NCBI GenBank assembly: GCA_051362555.1
Contig: CM120647.1
Coordinates: 7,936,001 to 8,000,000, forward strand
Length of the DNA: 64,000 bases
Direction of reading: 5' to 3'
Source: Lingula anatina
Lineage: Eukaryota > Animalia > Brachiopoda
A program made the position numbers and the translations under genes. The notes under the pieces were generated by a model. It searched no databases, had not been told where the DNA came from, and saw nothing but the letters and a program-made list of their open reading frames with translations. How positions within the stretch are numbered: the first letter of the stretch is position 1; each line of letters begins with the position of its first letter. Of this stretch, positions 1 to 14,024 are shown piece after piece.

Positions 1-3000
1 GCGATTGTGTTTGCTGTGTTTGTGGTACATGTGATTGGTTAAAGTATTGTATGTTTGGCAGAAGTGACAAAATTTATTTCAAAATATAGGTGCAATTAAG
101 TACAAAGCAACAGGTAGCATCAGATAATGATGCTATGCTCTTTAAGCACTTGGAGCCTGTTTGTCAAAAAACTTCAGCTCCCAAAATGTCTGGACATAAT
201 TATATTCCTATATTCTACCACTTAATTTCCATCAAAATAGTCTAAAATACTAGTCAAAAATTTAAAACACTCTTTGATCTTTTCAGTGGGGAAAATTGTG
301 AATTTTACAGATTCTGTTTTTTTTTCTTTTTGTCACAACTTCTCAAAATTAGAATATTCCTATTGAGTGACAGCAACAAAGTTAATAATAATAATAATAA
401 TAATAAAAAATAATAATATGTATTTAATAATAATATGTATTTATTTGCAACTTAAAAAGTTGGATTTTACAGGCTTTTCTTTAGTTCTATTCTATGCAGT
501 CAAAGCACCACAACAGAATTTTTTTTTATTTTGGTTATAAAATTATGTAATACTATCTGCAAGTTTAAAGCAATAATAACTCTTCGTTTCGGCCAAAAAA
601 TGAATTTTCCTGGAGTAAACAACAATTTTCCCATACTTACCAATGGTTAATGAATCCATTTTTACATTCAAAGTTAGTCCCTGGTTTTTTTCTAAAAAGT
701 TTGGTTTTTTGTTAAAATCTCTTAAGAGATTTTAACAGAGTATAGACATCAATGGAGGTCACGTGGTCTAAAGACAAGTTCAAATATCAGAATAAAAGCT
801 ATAACTGCTGTTTTTGTGGTAAAACAGAATATATTATATTTCTATGAGTTATTCACAATGTTTTTATTGTGAAATATAGATCTCATACGAAGAGTTATTA
901 TCCCTTTAATGATTTTTGCCCATTGAAAAGGTCGAGTAATCAACACACATATATTAGTCCAATAAAAATGAACTGCTATAATAATTTCAGTCTCTAAGTC
1001 TATGGCCAGCAAACAGGAAAAAAATGAAAGATATAGTGCAAAGCATTTTTTTAATTTGCCCAATTCAAACCAATGCTTTTAAATTACTTTATTTAAACAG
1101 ACCACTATAAATTTATCTTTAACTTGAGTTAAGCTTTAGTGACCAAAAGTTTAATCCAAAATAGGCTAAATTGCCTTAATTTAAGTGGACTTCTATAAAC
1201 TTTATCATCTTTAAACTAAGTACACCAAAATTTTGGTCTCAAAGTTTCAGGTAAAAGAGCCATTGTGAAATTGTCTGTTAGACATCATACGAGGTGAACT
1301 GACTAACTAATGGCTTTTATACAGTAATAACAGTAGCGTGGGCGCAAAGCAGCTGTGACAACAACGAAGTCATCAAGGGTGGTGGTTGTTTATATGTTGC
1401 CATGAACTTGGATTAGGTAATGTCAGCCATAATAATATAGACAGCTGTGAATGACTCCATTATGATAGAGGCTTAAAGTACTAGATATTTTTTGTGTCAA
1501 AGTGAAGATTTGTCAAGTTAATGGCTTATGTCAAGTAAAAATGAGGGGAAAATTAGGCATGATGAGCTATTCAGAATTCATTCACTCAGTTTTGGGTATT
1601 AAGATCATAGGTTATTATTTTATCAAATTCTTGACAGATATTTTTTACATCCAGAAAACAAAAAAAAAAAAAAAAAAAAAGGAAAAAAAATGAAATAAAA
1701 GATATCATGCAAAGCAACTTTTTTCCAAGGAAGGTCCAAATATTCAGCTAGGGACTTGGAAAGTTCTGTAAATTATTTAATAAGAAATCGTATAAAAGCT
1801 CAAATCCTAGTTCAGGGATGGATTGTAGAATAATTCTTGAGTAAGAGGATTTTTTTTATTAAGGAAAAGTAGATTTAGCTTAAAAATCCCAGAATGTTAA
1901 ACCACCTTACTCTTGCATGGGCACCTTCTGAAAGTTACTTATTTGCCTCCATTAGATGTTGGGATGGAGATAAATTTTTCACTTGGAGCTGGACCTAATT
2001 TTAGAGCCTTCAGACCAGCATCAGGTGGTATATTATATTTCATTTGGCAAACATTTAGATTCCAAATATGTACTTAATGTTACAGTATGTTTTACATGAT
2101 TAGCTTCATTCATCTTTTAACTCTCTGTGAGGTCCCTAATTGGGTAGGCTGATATATACCTCTGGGTTCTGTATCACTAATAAAGAGCTTCAAAGCACAG
2201 GATGAGCATTCAGGCTTAGAACACCAAGTAATAATTTGATGGATTCAGAAAATTTCAATATTTTTCCTTGAAGTCAGTATTAGACTTGAAGGTACGAACC
2301 ATCCACTATCACTGGCAAAAGTACAACCCTTTTCTCTAATTATACTTTCTTGATAAAATAATTAATAGTTCAGAGTTAAAACTATAAATTGATAATATTT
2401 TTACAAAGAAGTATACCCTAATCTAAGATCAGATTAGGATGCCTTAATCTAAGATCACTTAAAGATGGTGGTGTCATATTGTGGAAGAATAATACATTGA
2501 GTGGGATAATGTATACCCCTTAGGCATTCCCATTAGAACTAAGATGAAAATTGGCCTTATGGTATATGTTTTCTTTATGTGTAGGAAAAATATAAAGATA
2601 AAATAATTTTCCTGGAAATTTCAGCAGTTTTCCCTTTATCTCTAAAAGCTTTTTACCGTATTCAAAACCATTGAGAATATTATGATGTATACACCTATGA
2701 GCTGCTCTAAAAATGGGGTGAAAGGAAACCAGTGTAATGAACATGTTTCCACAAATAATTGTTAATATCATTTATTTTGCATACAACTTGAGCCAAAAAA
2801 GACATCTATAATTTTTTCAATCTCTGTCTTAATTCAAAATATTAATTGATGAAACTTGAGCCCCCCCCCCCCCAAAAAAAAAAAAAAAGAAACAATTTTT
2901 AATTACCAGCATGCATCTGCAGATAAGAGAAAAGATTGGGTAGTGAGGTAAATTTTCAAAAAAAAAAAAAAAAAAAAAATTATAATAATAATTATAAAAT

Positions 3001-4681
3001 AAGAGATTTTTTTTTAAATGTATATTTTAACTTTGCAGTAAGAACATCATCTGACAAAACATAACAGTTTGAAGAAATTCTGCTGGTATTTAAATGTGTG
3101 GCTGATAATCTAATACTCAACCAAACTATGTTCTATTATTATACAGCAAGAATGTGAGAACCCCAGTCACGGGCTTTTCATTTCATTAGCACGCGCCCAT
3201 CAGCTGATTACATAAAATATTAAAGATTGATGTTTATATTGTGTAGATATTTGACGTAGACGGTGTCTTTTTTAGACCTGCCACCTGCAGGGTTTTCCAG
3301 AAGTGTTTGCATGGGCTTTAAGGATCCTGGAAATTGTTCCTGTACAAATATTTCTGGACATATTTTTAGAGACAGTTTAGAAGCTGGAACTTCTGTCATA
3401 ATAGCCTGCCAGAGTCTTCAGTTATGGATTTGCTTTTCCTTGAGCATTTAGAGTTTGAAAGGTATACTATGGCAATAGATGAAGATTTTAATAGATGAGT
3501 TGGTTTAAAGACTTCTGTAAACTAGTTACATTATTCTTTTTTCTCTCCCTATGCTACAATTGAGATTATTAACTTATACTTGAATATAACCTTTTGTCAA
3601 ATGTCAAATGTGGCTAATTGGGGTTAATGAGATAATTTGCATTGTCAGAAGAACATTTTCCGTTTTTGTTTGTTGGTTCTTTTTTTTTCTTTCTTTAACA
3701 AGTATTTGATGATTTTTACTAAAATATGATTACTAGTACTCTGATGAAAACATTACCTTTTTACACAAACAAAAATAAACAAAAATATGCCACTGTAGCC
3801 ACAAATACTTTGTTTTTTATTATTAGGATTCTTTGGCTTGAACAAAATACTTATAAGACATATTCTAAATGTAACCACTTTGGCTTAACTGAACTTTGTT
3901 TGTGGTTGCTTGGAAAGCTTGATAAGTGTTTGTCTTGGAAAGAAATTGAACAAACAGTGCCACTGAAACCTTTAGGAGACACTTGTAATACAACTGTGGG
4001 TCAAAAAAGAATCGAGACGGATATGGTTATTAATTTCCGATACTGAAGTATATAGTTCATGTGCAAGCAGAGGATGTAATTTGGGCTATTTTAAGAAGGT
4101 CACAGTATTGGAAATTGATAGCAGTGAAGTGTAGTGTAAAACAAACTGTTGTTTCGATCAAATAAGCTGACCTTAAGTATCGAAGAAATGTTTTCATAAC
4201 CTGTTGACTGTTGAATATGGGAATGGCAGCCATTGGAGAGTGCCTCAGGCTTGCCTGTAGCTAGTGTCAATTAGGTGTTTTAGATAGGATTTTTTATTCC
4301 ACTCTACACCATACTAATCACGGCATCCTCCCACGTTTAGGCACGTATCGATCAGGCATGATCATGCAAGAAAACATGCATTTGGTCACAATATGCATGC
4401 TGCTGTATTGATCTTTATGATAATCATTAACATTGATTGGTGCGCTCGCACTGACTCGCACTGAGTTTTACTGTGTTATGAATTTATTAAATTTGCATAT
4501 ATTTCATCAATATTTGTGTTATACAGGAAATTTGTATATTTTGCCTTTTCATAAAGAAAGGAATTATTGATGAGAATGATTGCTGTCTGTAAAAGCTTCA
4601 TGAGCAGCATTTATTGCACCACAAATAATTATAATATCAGCATCAGCGGAATTTTGAATAGAACTTGATGCATGGTGTCAA

Positions 4682-4683
<2 letters not shown>

Positions 4684-4720
<37 letters not shown>

Positions 4721-4900
4721 TACCTGTTCCTTTCCCCCTTCTCTGTTCCTCCTTTCTTATTCTATCTCCCTCTCTCTCTTCTTCTTCTTTCTCTCTCCCT
4801 TTCTCTTTCTGTCTGTCTCTCCTTTTCTTCTCTCTCTCTCTCTCTCTTCTCTCTTCTCTCTTCTTTCTCTCTCTCTCTCTCTCTCAATGTCCTCTCTCTC
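4684..4900. repeat. (CT)n / polypyrimidine microsatellite
   Basis: Long imperfect ctctct run; explains the LSLSLS ORFs at 4665 and 4672. Confidence 0.95.
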
Positions 4901-5158
4901 CATATTATTAATACCATCACTCAATAATTAGCTGTATGTATATGCTAGTAATATATGTCTATCTACCTATTATATACCAGCATTTGATAATGTCTCCAAA
5001 CCTGCATATGTCGGTTCGTAGACAAAACATGCGTCACAGGATGTTTGTGAAGAGGAAGAACACCCACGTCAGTGTCCTCGCTTTATTGTTTTACACAGGA
5101 TGTTTTGTCACATTTTTTAATAATTCATTAAAGGGGTCTAACTGGATGTGGAATATTT

Positions 5159-5192
<34 letters not shown>

Positions 5193-5489
5193 ATACATAG
5201 TTAGGTAAATTAACATGACATGAGGATTTTACTTTTTTGGTGGCTATTTGATGAAATTGTTTTCTAACCTGCTCCTGAAAAAATCCTTGACTATCCTTCA
5301 CAATGTGGAAATCTAAACAAAATTTTCAATTTTTTTGGTGATGATGATTAATTGCCTTCATGCAAATGTTGAAGGATTAGAATATTTTTGAGAAAGTATC
5401 TATAAAAAAAATGAAAGGCTTCAATTGATAGCTGAAAACAGGAAAATACAATATGATTTTATTATAAGCATGGTTGAATTATAAATTTT

Positions 5490-5860
5490 TTGTTTGGTTG
5501 ATTGATCTGATGATTTATTGATTGTTTGATGGATTAATTGTTTGATTGATTTGTTGGTTGACTGATTGATTTGTTGGTGGATTAATTGATAGATTGATTT
5601 GTTGGTGGATTGATTGATTTGTTGGTTGACTGATTGATTTGTTGGTGGATTGATTGGTTTGTTTGTGGATTAAATGATATGTTGGTGGATTGATTGATTT
5701 GTTGGTGCATTGATTGATTTGTTGGTTGACTGATTGGTTTGTTGGCTGACTGATTGATTTGTTGGTAGATTGATTGATTTGTTGGTTGACTAATTGATTT
5801 GTTGGTGGATTGATTGATTTGTTGGTTGGATGGTCGATTGGTTGCTTTGATGATTGATTG
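5490..5860. repeat. Degenerate ~20-bp minisatellite (TGATTGATTTGTTGGTGGAT-like)
   Basis: Repeated gattgatttgttggt(g/t)ga units visible throughout. Confidence 0.85.
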
Positions 5861-6014
5861 GTTAATTTATTAATGTTTCATATTGATAGCATATTGAAGT
5901 ATTTGATTGATATGACGATGGGTTGGTGGAAAATTAGAACAGCTGATCAGTGAAATATCTGTATGTTAGATAACACTTAGATTCCAATTACAACTTCAAA
6001 TGGAAACAATCTAA

Positions 6015-6126
6015 GGCCCTATTCCCATAGACGCCATTGATCAGTGTAGATTGCACTCAGCAGGAGTTCCCACAGAGTTGGATCAATCTACGCAGACCTA
6101 TATGGTGTTTGTGGGAATGGGGTCCT
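6015..6126. mobile_element. Short degenerate palindromic MITE (PIF/Harbinger-like)
   Basis: ggccctattcccata ... tgtgggaatggggtcc inverted ends resembling the family at 36871/44494/61761. Confidence 0.5.
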
Positions 6127-7056
6127 AATGAAGTAACCATGGACATGGCCATTGATCAGTTGACTCCATCAAGAAATAAATAAATTAATAAATAAATAAA
6201 TGAAAATAGGACAGAAACTCTAGTGTGCCTTAAAATCACACAATGAACTTACATTAAATTTGGATCCAGAGAGGACCTTTTTTGACCGAAATAGAGGTTC
6301 TCTCCGACCCTCCTACCCACCCCCTCGTAAAAGACATGTGCATGGTTATGAGAAGATCACATCATCTACAGTTTCTTATTGATGTGATCATGAACATGTC
6401 ATATTTGACAAATAATATTGCGTGAAGTATTAATTAAAAGGAGTAGGGGTAACAGTTAACTACATTTATGTGTTTGTAGTGTGTGATGTGGTCAACGTAG
6501 ATGTTTTCTGGTCATTCTTAAGAATATTCAAGATACTGATACGAGACTTGATTGTGAATGTCTTGTGTGTGTTTTTTTTTTTTCTACACTTTTTGTCCAT
6601 TTGTTCCAGGATGATTTGTCTTAACTGAAAAGTTTCTGAAAACTACAGTGAAATGATTTGACTTAAAATTTATGAATGGGATTCAATGCTTCCGACACTT
6701 TTTCATCAACGTTACAGTGTATTATTTAGAAAATAGATTATTAATATTACAATAGTCTAGATTATTTTAAAGAATGTTTGTTTGAAAGGACAGTTACATA
6801 TCTGTTATACATATATATATATATATATGTTATATAGATATGGTACAGTTGTTATACCATGGAGATGTTGAGAATAAAAAAAATTAGTTACATACGTGAT
6901 GTATGGATTATCTCCCATTTAAATGCAATATCCTCCATCCGTATTTCTTTTTATGTTGTAAACATTCATCATGGTTGTACCTATTACTTAAAATTAAGAT
7001 ATCACAGAATGCTACTTGTTTACAGTTTATACATATAAAGATTAATTTGTACTTAG

Positions 7057-7154
7057 AGCCTTACCTGCCGCATATGGGCGGGGAGTATGACCGATACGAT
7101 GACAACTGGAAACACAACGAAATGCTCGAAGCAAAAATTAAAAAGTTTTTAGCG
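7057..7154 (+). CDS. RIMS: RIM alternative pre-PDZ exon A (EPYLPHMGGEYDRYDDNWKHNEMLEAKIKKFLA)
   Basis: acttag|...gcg|gtgaga; phase 1 in, phase 0 out; joins in frame to the HPVTW exon. Confidence 0.7.
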
Positions 7155-8678
7155 GTGAGAAGGGGTTACACATCAAACAACCCTCAGGGACGGATTGCAG
7201 AGTTGTTAATGAATGGAATGCTTGTTTTATTTGTTTGGTTTTCATTTCCTCCCTTATGTTTAGTAGCAGGAATTTGTGCATTTTTAGTGTATAAAGCTAC
7301 ATTTACAGATGGTATATCTTTGTCAAAAAAATTGGGTCATTAACCATTATTGTAGCAGATGTGAATTAAACTTCTTACTGCAGGAAGACTATCTAATCTT
7401 TTTCTTGTCCTGCCCAATTCAGCGTGGCTCAGTTAAATTCTTTTAAGATTTTCAGCACTTCCAGTTTTACCTATTTTGGCCTTTCATTTCTGTCTCTTAT
7501 GTCGTTGCTCCTATTCTCTATAAAAGCAAACAAACAAAAACATATTTTAAAAATGGTCATACAATTTGTGATATCTGATTTTATTTGGATATTAGAAGTA
7601 ATGTCCTGCAATGGATCTAACATTAGAAATAACAGAAAGAAATTTCCTCCCTGTGGCATTTAATGCGTCTACTGTCTGCTGCAAAGTGTTGGTACCCAAA
7701 GTATAACCATCTGTAGGTGTAGTTTTAGATGTTACAGCTAGAACAGATCTATTACTGTTGTTGTTATACCAGACCACAGATCCCCATTTGGGCATGTGTT
7801 TCTTGGGATATGTAACAGTCCATTTTGAACAATGATTTATGGGATGCCATCTATTGAATGCCAAAAAATGTTGAACATAGTGCTATGTGTTGACTTTTTT
7901 CTCATAATATGAATAAAAAACAAGTACATAACTCAGAACAAACACTACTAAAATGAAGAAATATAAGACCAACTATAATTACTGATTTGTCCAATTTCTA
8001 AACTTTATTTGGCCAATTTTATACCACATGTTAGTAGTCATTGGGTATAGAACTACAGTAAAGAATTTATAATATGTAGGTTAAGCCAGTAACTGACCTT
8101 TCATTAGTGAGAGCTCTCACAAATGAGCTTGACAGGAAATTAGAATCTGTTTATCACTTCCAATACCTAGGTCACATTGACGTGACTCACATTTTCGCAA
8201 TTAATATACTCATGCTCAGTAGAGCACTATTTATTTATTTTTTTATTTGGGGGTTGTAGGGATATGCTATATTAATGAGAAAAACAAAATTTGTAGTAGC
8301 ATGAATCCTCTGCGTGATCCCTCTATTGCTTCCAGCTATGCATGAATCATTTTTGTTATAATAATTCCAACCATGCAACCACTTTTCCTTCTAAAAAATG
8401 GATGCATCAAAAACAACATTCATTTCAATAAAAAGAAACGTATATCCCAGGTCACATACCCAAAAGAGGAGGGAATTGTCAGATTTATGGAGGGAGTCAA
8501 AAGTAATTTCCACTTCAGGAGACAAAGTTTCTTTTGACGGGAATTTTTTTTCTGCACCCTGTATGTTGGCCAGGTGCCAAAACTTCCCAGCGCTGCACAT
8601 TCTGTGTTACAGTTTTATTTTTTTGTTCCACCTATAAGCTTTCTGTCCTATTCTTTTGATTATTCACTTTCATTTTAG

Positions 8679-8914
8679 GGGAACTAGAAACCCATCCGTA
8701 CCCAGATTCACATGCTATGCAAAAGAAAGGGGTGACCTTGAGCAGTCGAGGTCGGTCTCAAGGCCGTTTAGGTCAAGGTGAAGGTCAATTAGGCCAAGGT
8801 CACATGAGGAATGATCGGAATGATCACAGATGGTCTGAAGTGCCTATAAAAGACTCTGGAATTGACACTGGTCTGTCAAGCAGTAATCAGACTCTATATG
8901 AAGACAGCACTAAG
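8679..8914 (+). CDS. RIMS: RIM alternative pre-PDZ exon B (...RWSEVPIKDSGIDTGLSSSNQTLYEDSTK)
   Basis: ttttag|...aag|gtacac; phase 1 in, 0 out; WSE..IKDSG.DT resembles the segment preceding HPVTW in vertebrate RIM2 as I recall it. Confidence 0.8.
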
Positions 8915-10837
8915 GTACACAGTACCATTGGGTGTGGGGAAAACCAGCAGTTTCAATATCCCCTTTTAGCAGTTTCAGTATCCCCGGTAGGGTAGCATAG
9001 AAATAGTTGCTAGATTGGTGGATTTTTATTCTTGGGACTTCTTAATTGCAAATCTAAGCAGCAGTGTGCTATAAGAAGTTTCAAATTTGTATGGAAGTTA
9101 ATTTGTATTACTCAAGAGTTTAATGCCTGTACAAATCTGAAATAAGTAGTGTAACACTGTTGCTTTTTTAAAAACCTCAAATTGCTTTCTTCTTAGGTTG
9201 GTTTTGGAATTTTTAGACTAACACTACAATCATATGGTACATTAAGTTTCGTACAGTACATAATTTTTTATATGTTATGGTCAGTTGGTTGAATATTACT
9301 TGTATATTCCTTTATTGTCAACGTATGATAATTTGTACCATTTGTTTTTATTATGAACATATCAGTATTAAGGGAGAAAACTGCAGGGGATACTGAAAAT
9401 GTTTTCTTTTTTTTTCTTCAGTGGGTTCTACAATGCATACTGCTCATAGATCACTTTTTTGAATGGATGTTTTTGAACTGAAGCAATTTCCTTATCTCAC
9501 CATTCACATTTGAGTGCATACACTTACAAGATCTAAGTAAAGTATCTTTAATTACAGATTTGTTATTTCAAAAAGGATGTACAAAATTCACCTGCCATTT
9601 TGGCACCAGTTTTCCTGTTAATTTAAAAGCAAAGAAATGTATGCATTGGTCTTCTCTAGCACAATTTAGCAACTTCAGCATTGTGTTTGGTTGTGAAATT
9701 TGCTTGCAATTTGCAAACTAAGCCCTAGGGGTATTTTTAATAAAATTTGGCACTTTTTTCTCGCTTTCTTTGGGTAAGGAGTTGGGAGGCTTCCATTAAA
9801 CCCTCTTTTTAAAAACTGTTGATGATTTTTATGAGTGAGTCCCTGTTTGGGGGATAAAGGAACAATACAACAGTTACCATTTTGGTATTCTGATTTCTTT
9901 ACACTGAACTTGTCCATTATAGGGACTACAATATTTCCAGGTGGCTTTCTAGTTCCCATATGATATTGTGTTTTCTTCTTCTTTCCACACATATTGTGTT
10001 CTCATTAATGTTGTGGAAGTTGGTGATATTTGGCATGACATTTAACTTAATTGTGAAGGCTGTATGTAAATGTCAGTACCTGGAATTTTATGAAATAGTG
10101 AAAAAAAAAATGAACAGCATTTTGTCAAATGTTAGCTTATATCATACACTTATGTATGCATGATTTTGTTGAGCATTTTTCTTGAAGCTTCTACATCAAT
10201 CTGCTGCCCCCTCATTTTCTTTTAAATATTTTATAGCTGTAATTTGACTGAAATGTTTGTAGCTCTGTGGACCTCTTCAGACAAGTACTGCTTCAGACCG
10301 AAAAAAAATATTCCAACTTGTGTCTTCATAATTTAAGTCACAGAAAGAGAGACAATGTATTGTACCACAAAACTTTTTATTCCTAGTTATCAGTTTTCAT
10401 TGTTTTATGATGAAAGATGGATTGTTTTTCAGTCTGAATTGGGACTTGTCTTATTGTGCCTTTGGCACATGTTTTTTCAAATTGCCCTAATTTTTGTCTG
10501 TAACAGTTTCTAGAATTGCATGCAGCCTTCATTATATAATAGTTCTCACTCTATCTGTTTTTAATTATTTAAAAAATTAATGTATTTACCAGATTAAAAG
10601 AAAATTTAAAAGTAGCAGTAAAATATTTATAATAAAGGGTTTTTTTTAAAGAGAAATAGAAATGTTGAATACATAAAAATAACTTTTTGGTTAGGCAAAG
10701 GCTTCACCATCAAGTAAGCATGCACAATTTTTGAAAATATTTGAACATGCATTTCATTTAATGTTTATTTTTCATAAAATCTGCATTTTCATTTGTTTAT
10801 TTATTTGCGTGGTCACATGTTTATTTATGTTTTTCAG

Positions 10838-10946
10838 CACCCAGTCACTTGGCGGACCGCAGACGATGGAAAGAAAGTCATAGGTCACATGATCTTGAAA
10901 AAGGGTGTCGCGGACGGGAAGGGGAAAGATTCTGGGGGAATTCTGG
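10838..10946 (+). CDS. RIMS: RIM exon, start of PDZ domain (HPVTWRTADDGKKVIGHMILKK)
   Basis: tttcag|cac ... g|gtaaga; HPVTW is the characteristic RIM PDZ N-terminus. Confidence 0.95.
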
Positions 10947-10992
10947 GTAAGAATTATACTGTTCAAATGGTCATGATATTGTAAAGTACATG

Positions 10993-11125
10993 TAGGGATG
11001 AGACTTTTCTAACTGTCGGCAAATTTCCGACTTTTTGGAAACCAAAAATATCATTGGCCTTGGCGGCCACCTGGACCCCACGCCATATTTTCCAACTTCT
11101 TCACTAAACCACATTATCATCCCTG
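10993..11125. mobile_element. hAT-like MITE
   Basis: TIRs tagggatga / tcatccctg flanked by direct repeat gtacatg; internal ctggacccc motif. Confidence 0.6.
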
Positions 11126-12206
11126 GTACATGTGCTACATGTAGTTTGCATATATGATAGAGTGCACAAGGAAATGTGTTAGATTTTATAGTTGTCCTTT
11201 TAATATGTTATCCATGTATAGAAGTAGAACTTCAGTAGCAGTTAGAAACAGCACAAGCCATGTGAAATAATCTAGTGCTGTAATCGCTCCAGACCTTTAA
11301 ATTTTACATACTTTACAACTCAGTTATGCAAGTTGTTTAATGTGAAGCACAGAAACATGTAGAACTGTCAAATAAGCTAAGCATGCATGTTAATTAGTGT
11401 GACTCAGGGACTGGAGATGTGGTTTTCTTGTGTGCTAGCTTATTTCCTACAGTGTATTGTGGTTATTAATGTTTAATGTGCTCTATTATATCAGAGGTAC
11501 CAACTTCATGTATTTTTGCGTATTCTACATTATAAAATTATATACTATCACATTACTTAGACTGCACATAATATGAAACAGTTATATTAGTTGTGCATTT
11601 TCAATCAACAAATAAAAATCCATTTGTCAATGGCTACAGAAAAATTAAATGAGATATTCTGCCAGTCAATATTTCATATGCTGACTGTCAGACTTCACAT
11701 AACAATGTCACTTAGTTACCTGAAAATTTGTTCACAATCCTCATAAATTTCAGCTGTAGAAAGAAAAAATCTGTTCCATGAAATTTGTTCAAGATAAAGG
11801 ATAATTTGAGTTATTTTGTACAGGATGAGCTATGGGAAGTCTGCTGCATAGAGTTGGTTATATTTGAGAGAAAATTTTAATAGAAATGATTGTGCTTTTT
11901 GAATAGCTTCCTTAAAAAGAGGGCATAGTACAAAGCTGACTCGGTGGTTGATTTATTGTGGTATGTTTAGATGTACCGGTGTGTATTAGTAGTGGTGAAA
12001 TGCATTGTGGGAAGGATGTGATGTACGCAGTTGTTGTAGATAGATGTAGTTTACTGATTAGTTTTAGTACATGTGCCTATTTATGCTTTTGCAAGTGTAA
12101 AGATTCTTGTAACAGCTTTATTGCATAAAATCATTTATTTTTATTTCATTTATTTATTTGTTTATTATTTTTTGCTTGGTAATTTTCATATTGTTGAAAA
12201 TTTCAG

Positions 12207-12438
12207 GTCTCAAAGTGGTTGGAGGAAAGGTGACAGAAGGAGGCCAGCTCGGCGCATTCGTAACCAAAGTCAAAAAAGGCAGCATTGCAGACGTAGTGGG
12301 GAAATTACGCCCTGGCGATGAAGTCATAGAGTGGAACGGAAGGTCGTTACAAGCGGCAACATTTGAGGACGTGTACGATATTATCATGGAGTCGAAACAG
12401 GAGCCTCAGGTGGAATTGATTGTCCATCGAAATATAGA
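12207..12438 (+). CDS. RIMS: RIM exon, PDZ core (GLKVVGGK...GAFVTKVKKGSIADVVGKLRPGDEVIEWNG)
   Basis: Very close to the RIM PDZ signature; tttcag| and |gtaagt boundaries. Confidence 0.97.
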
Positions 12439-12910
12439 GTAAGTGCATTCTGGGATTGAATGGTTGCCAGTTAGTGCAGTTATGTTTCTTTCTTTATTCA
12501 TTTATATGAGTTTCCGATTAGGATCGTTCGACTCATTATCCATACTAGCTGGGAGCTGTAATATCATACAGAGTCATTTCTTATATAATACCCAGGCTGT
12601 TTATCTCTCAAATTGATGTGATGTAGAAAACTGTACCACTCATTGTAAAAGGGGATTATATACCCACATTTGACAGTCTTTCTGTCATAAAATAATCTCA
12701 TTGGCTAAGATTTTGTACAGGGTTATATTAAAAAAAAAACACAAAAATTAGATATATATTTTTAATCTTTTTTAAAATTATTATCATAAACCCAGACACA
12801 TATTCTTTTTATGAATCCTTCAACACTTGTATTTTCAAGATTTGTTCCCCTGCAGGGTCCACTGTTTACCTCTGTGTTGTTAACTGTAATGTTCTCTTTT
12901 AATAATTCAG

Positions 12911-13008
12911 ATCTGATATGGTTCATGGCAATCATGACAGAGAACACAGGGACCGGGAACACAGAGAACATAGGGAACACAGGGAACGAGAGAAAGTGGA
13001 TCGGCAAG
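12911..13008 (+). CDS. RIMS: RIM linker exon with (REH)n repeat
   Basis: ttcag|...g|gtaggg; phase 2 to 1, required to connect the PDZ exon to 17179. Confidence 0.8.
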
Positions 13009-13781
13009 GTAGGGGGTGTGATGAAAAATGGTTTCTCCCTTGTCTTATCTTAGAAATACCATAAGAATTTACTGATGTCGGACTGCATGAATTAATGGTA
13101 TTTTCCAAAACAGTGTTCTGTTTGTAAGACGTGGTAATGGAGATGAAGAAATTTTCAGTTGGTTTTATGTCAGAAAATACATTTTTTTTTTCATAATTAA
13201 AATTGATAAATCTCAAAAATGAAAAAAAAAAAATAAAAAAAAAAACGACAATTGAGATGTTTGAAAAAATTTTGGACATTCTCTGTTCCATTATAACCTC
13301 TGAAACAGTGTCTTTTTCATGATAATCAAACACAATCACACTTAAAGGTTGTCGTAAATGTCCTTTTCAACTCAATTTAGTTAAAACACAGAAATCTCAT
13401 CTAACACAATTGAGGGGAAATTGGCCTTTTCATCACAATCTGGGTGAGAAATGGAAACTTTGACGAAGGAAACTGATGTAGAACAGCCATTTCAATTTAA
13501 TATGGGTGAGAGACAAAAGTCTCGTTCAGCTGATTGGAGTTGAAGAGCGCTAATAAGTTGGTGACAAAAATCTCATCAAAAGCATGTGAAGTGAAATCCT
13601 ACTCAAGTCAGTTTAATGTGGAGAAAAAAGCCTGATATAAATCAACAGGATAAATGAAAACACACTGTTACTACTATTTTACATTTCTTCAGACTAAAAT
13701 ATTCCTGGTTCTTTTCCACTGCATACATACACACTCCAGTTGGTAAGTAGAAGGATGGTAAATATATCTAGATGATAATCA

Positions 13782-13949
13782 CAGGGGCGGATCCAGAGAT
13801 ATTTTCTGATAGTCTTCCAAATTATCTTTGTTGATCCATCCTCCATTTTTGACCGTCTTCCGACAGAAAATATTAGATGCCCGACAATGTAAACTTGAAA
13901 ATCTGACCGTCTTCCGGAAGACCCAGAAGACGGCCTAAATCCGCCCCTG
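13782..13949 (+). mobile_element. CAGGGGCGGAT-TIR MITE (hAT-like), copy 1
   Basis: TIRs caggggcggat / atccgcccctg; 5-bp TSD aatca; related copies at 36660, 37891, 43391, 62047. Confidence 0.85.
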
Positions 13950-14024
13950 AATCACATAGAATAACCATGGCTTTTATATAAATTCTTGTGATTCTATTTT
14001 TCGAGCCCATCTCACAAAAGAACT

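Noticed and set aside
4665-4931. Leu/Ser-rich ORFs
   Set aside because: Translation of the (CT)n microsatellite.
1-7056. Short ORFs or further RIM exons
   Set aside because: No recognisable RIM motifs or consistent splice/phase support; treated as intron.
13693-13742. Possible RIM exon (ttcag| ... tg|gtaagt)
   Set aside because: Immediate TAA in the required phase; at most a poison exon, with no other support.
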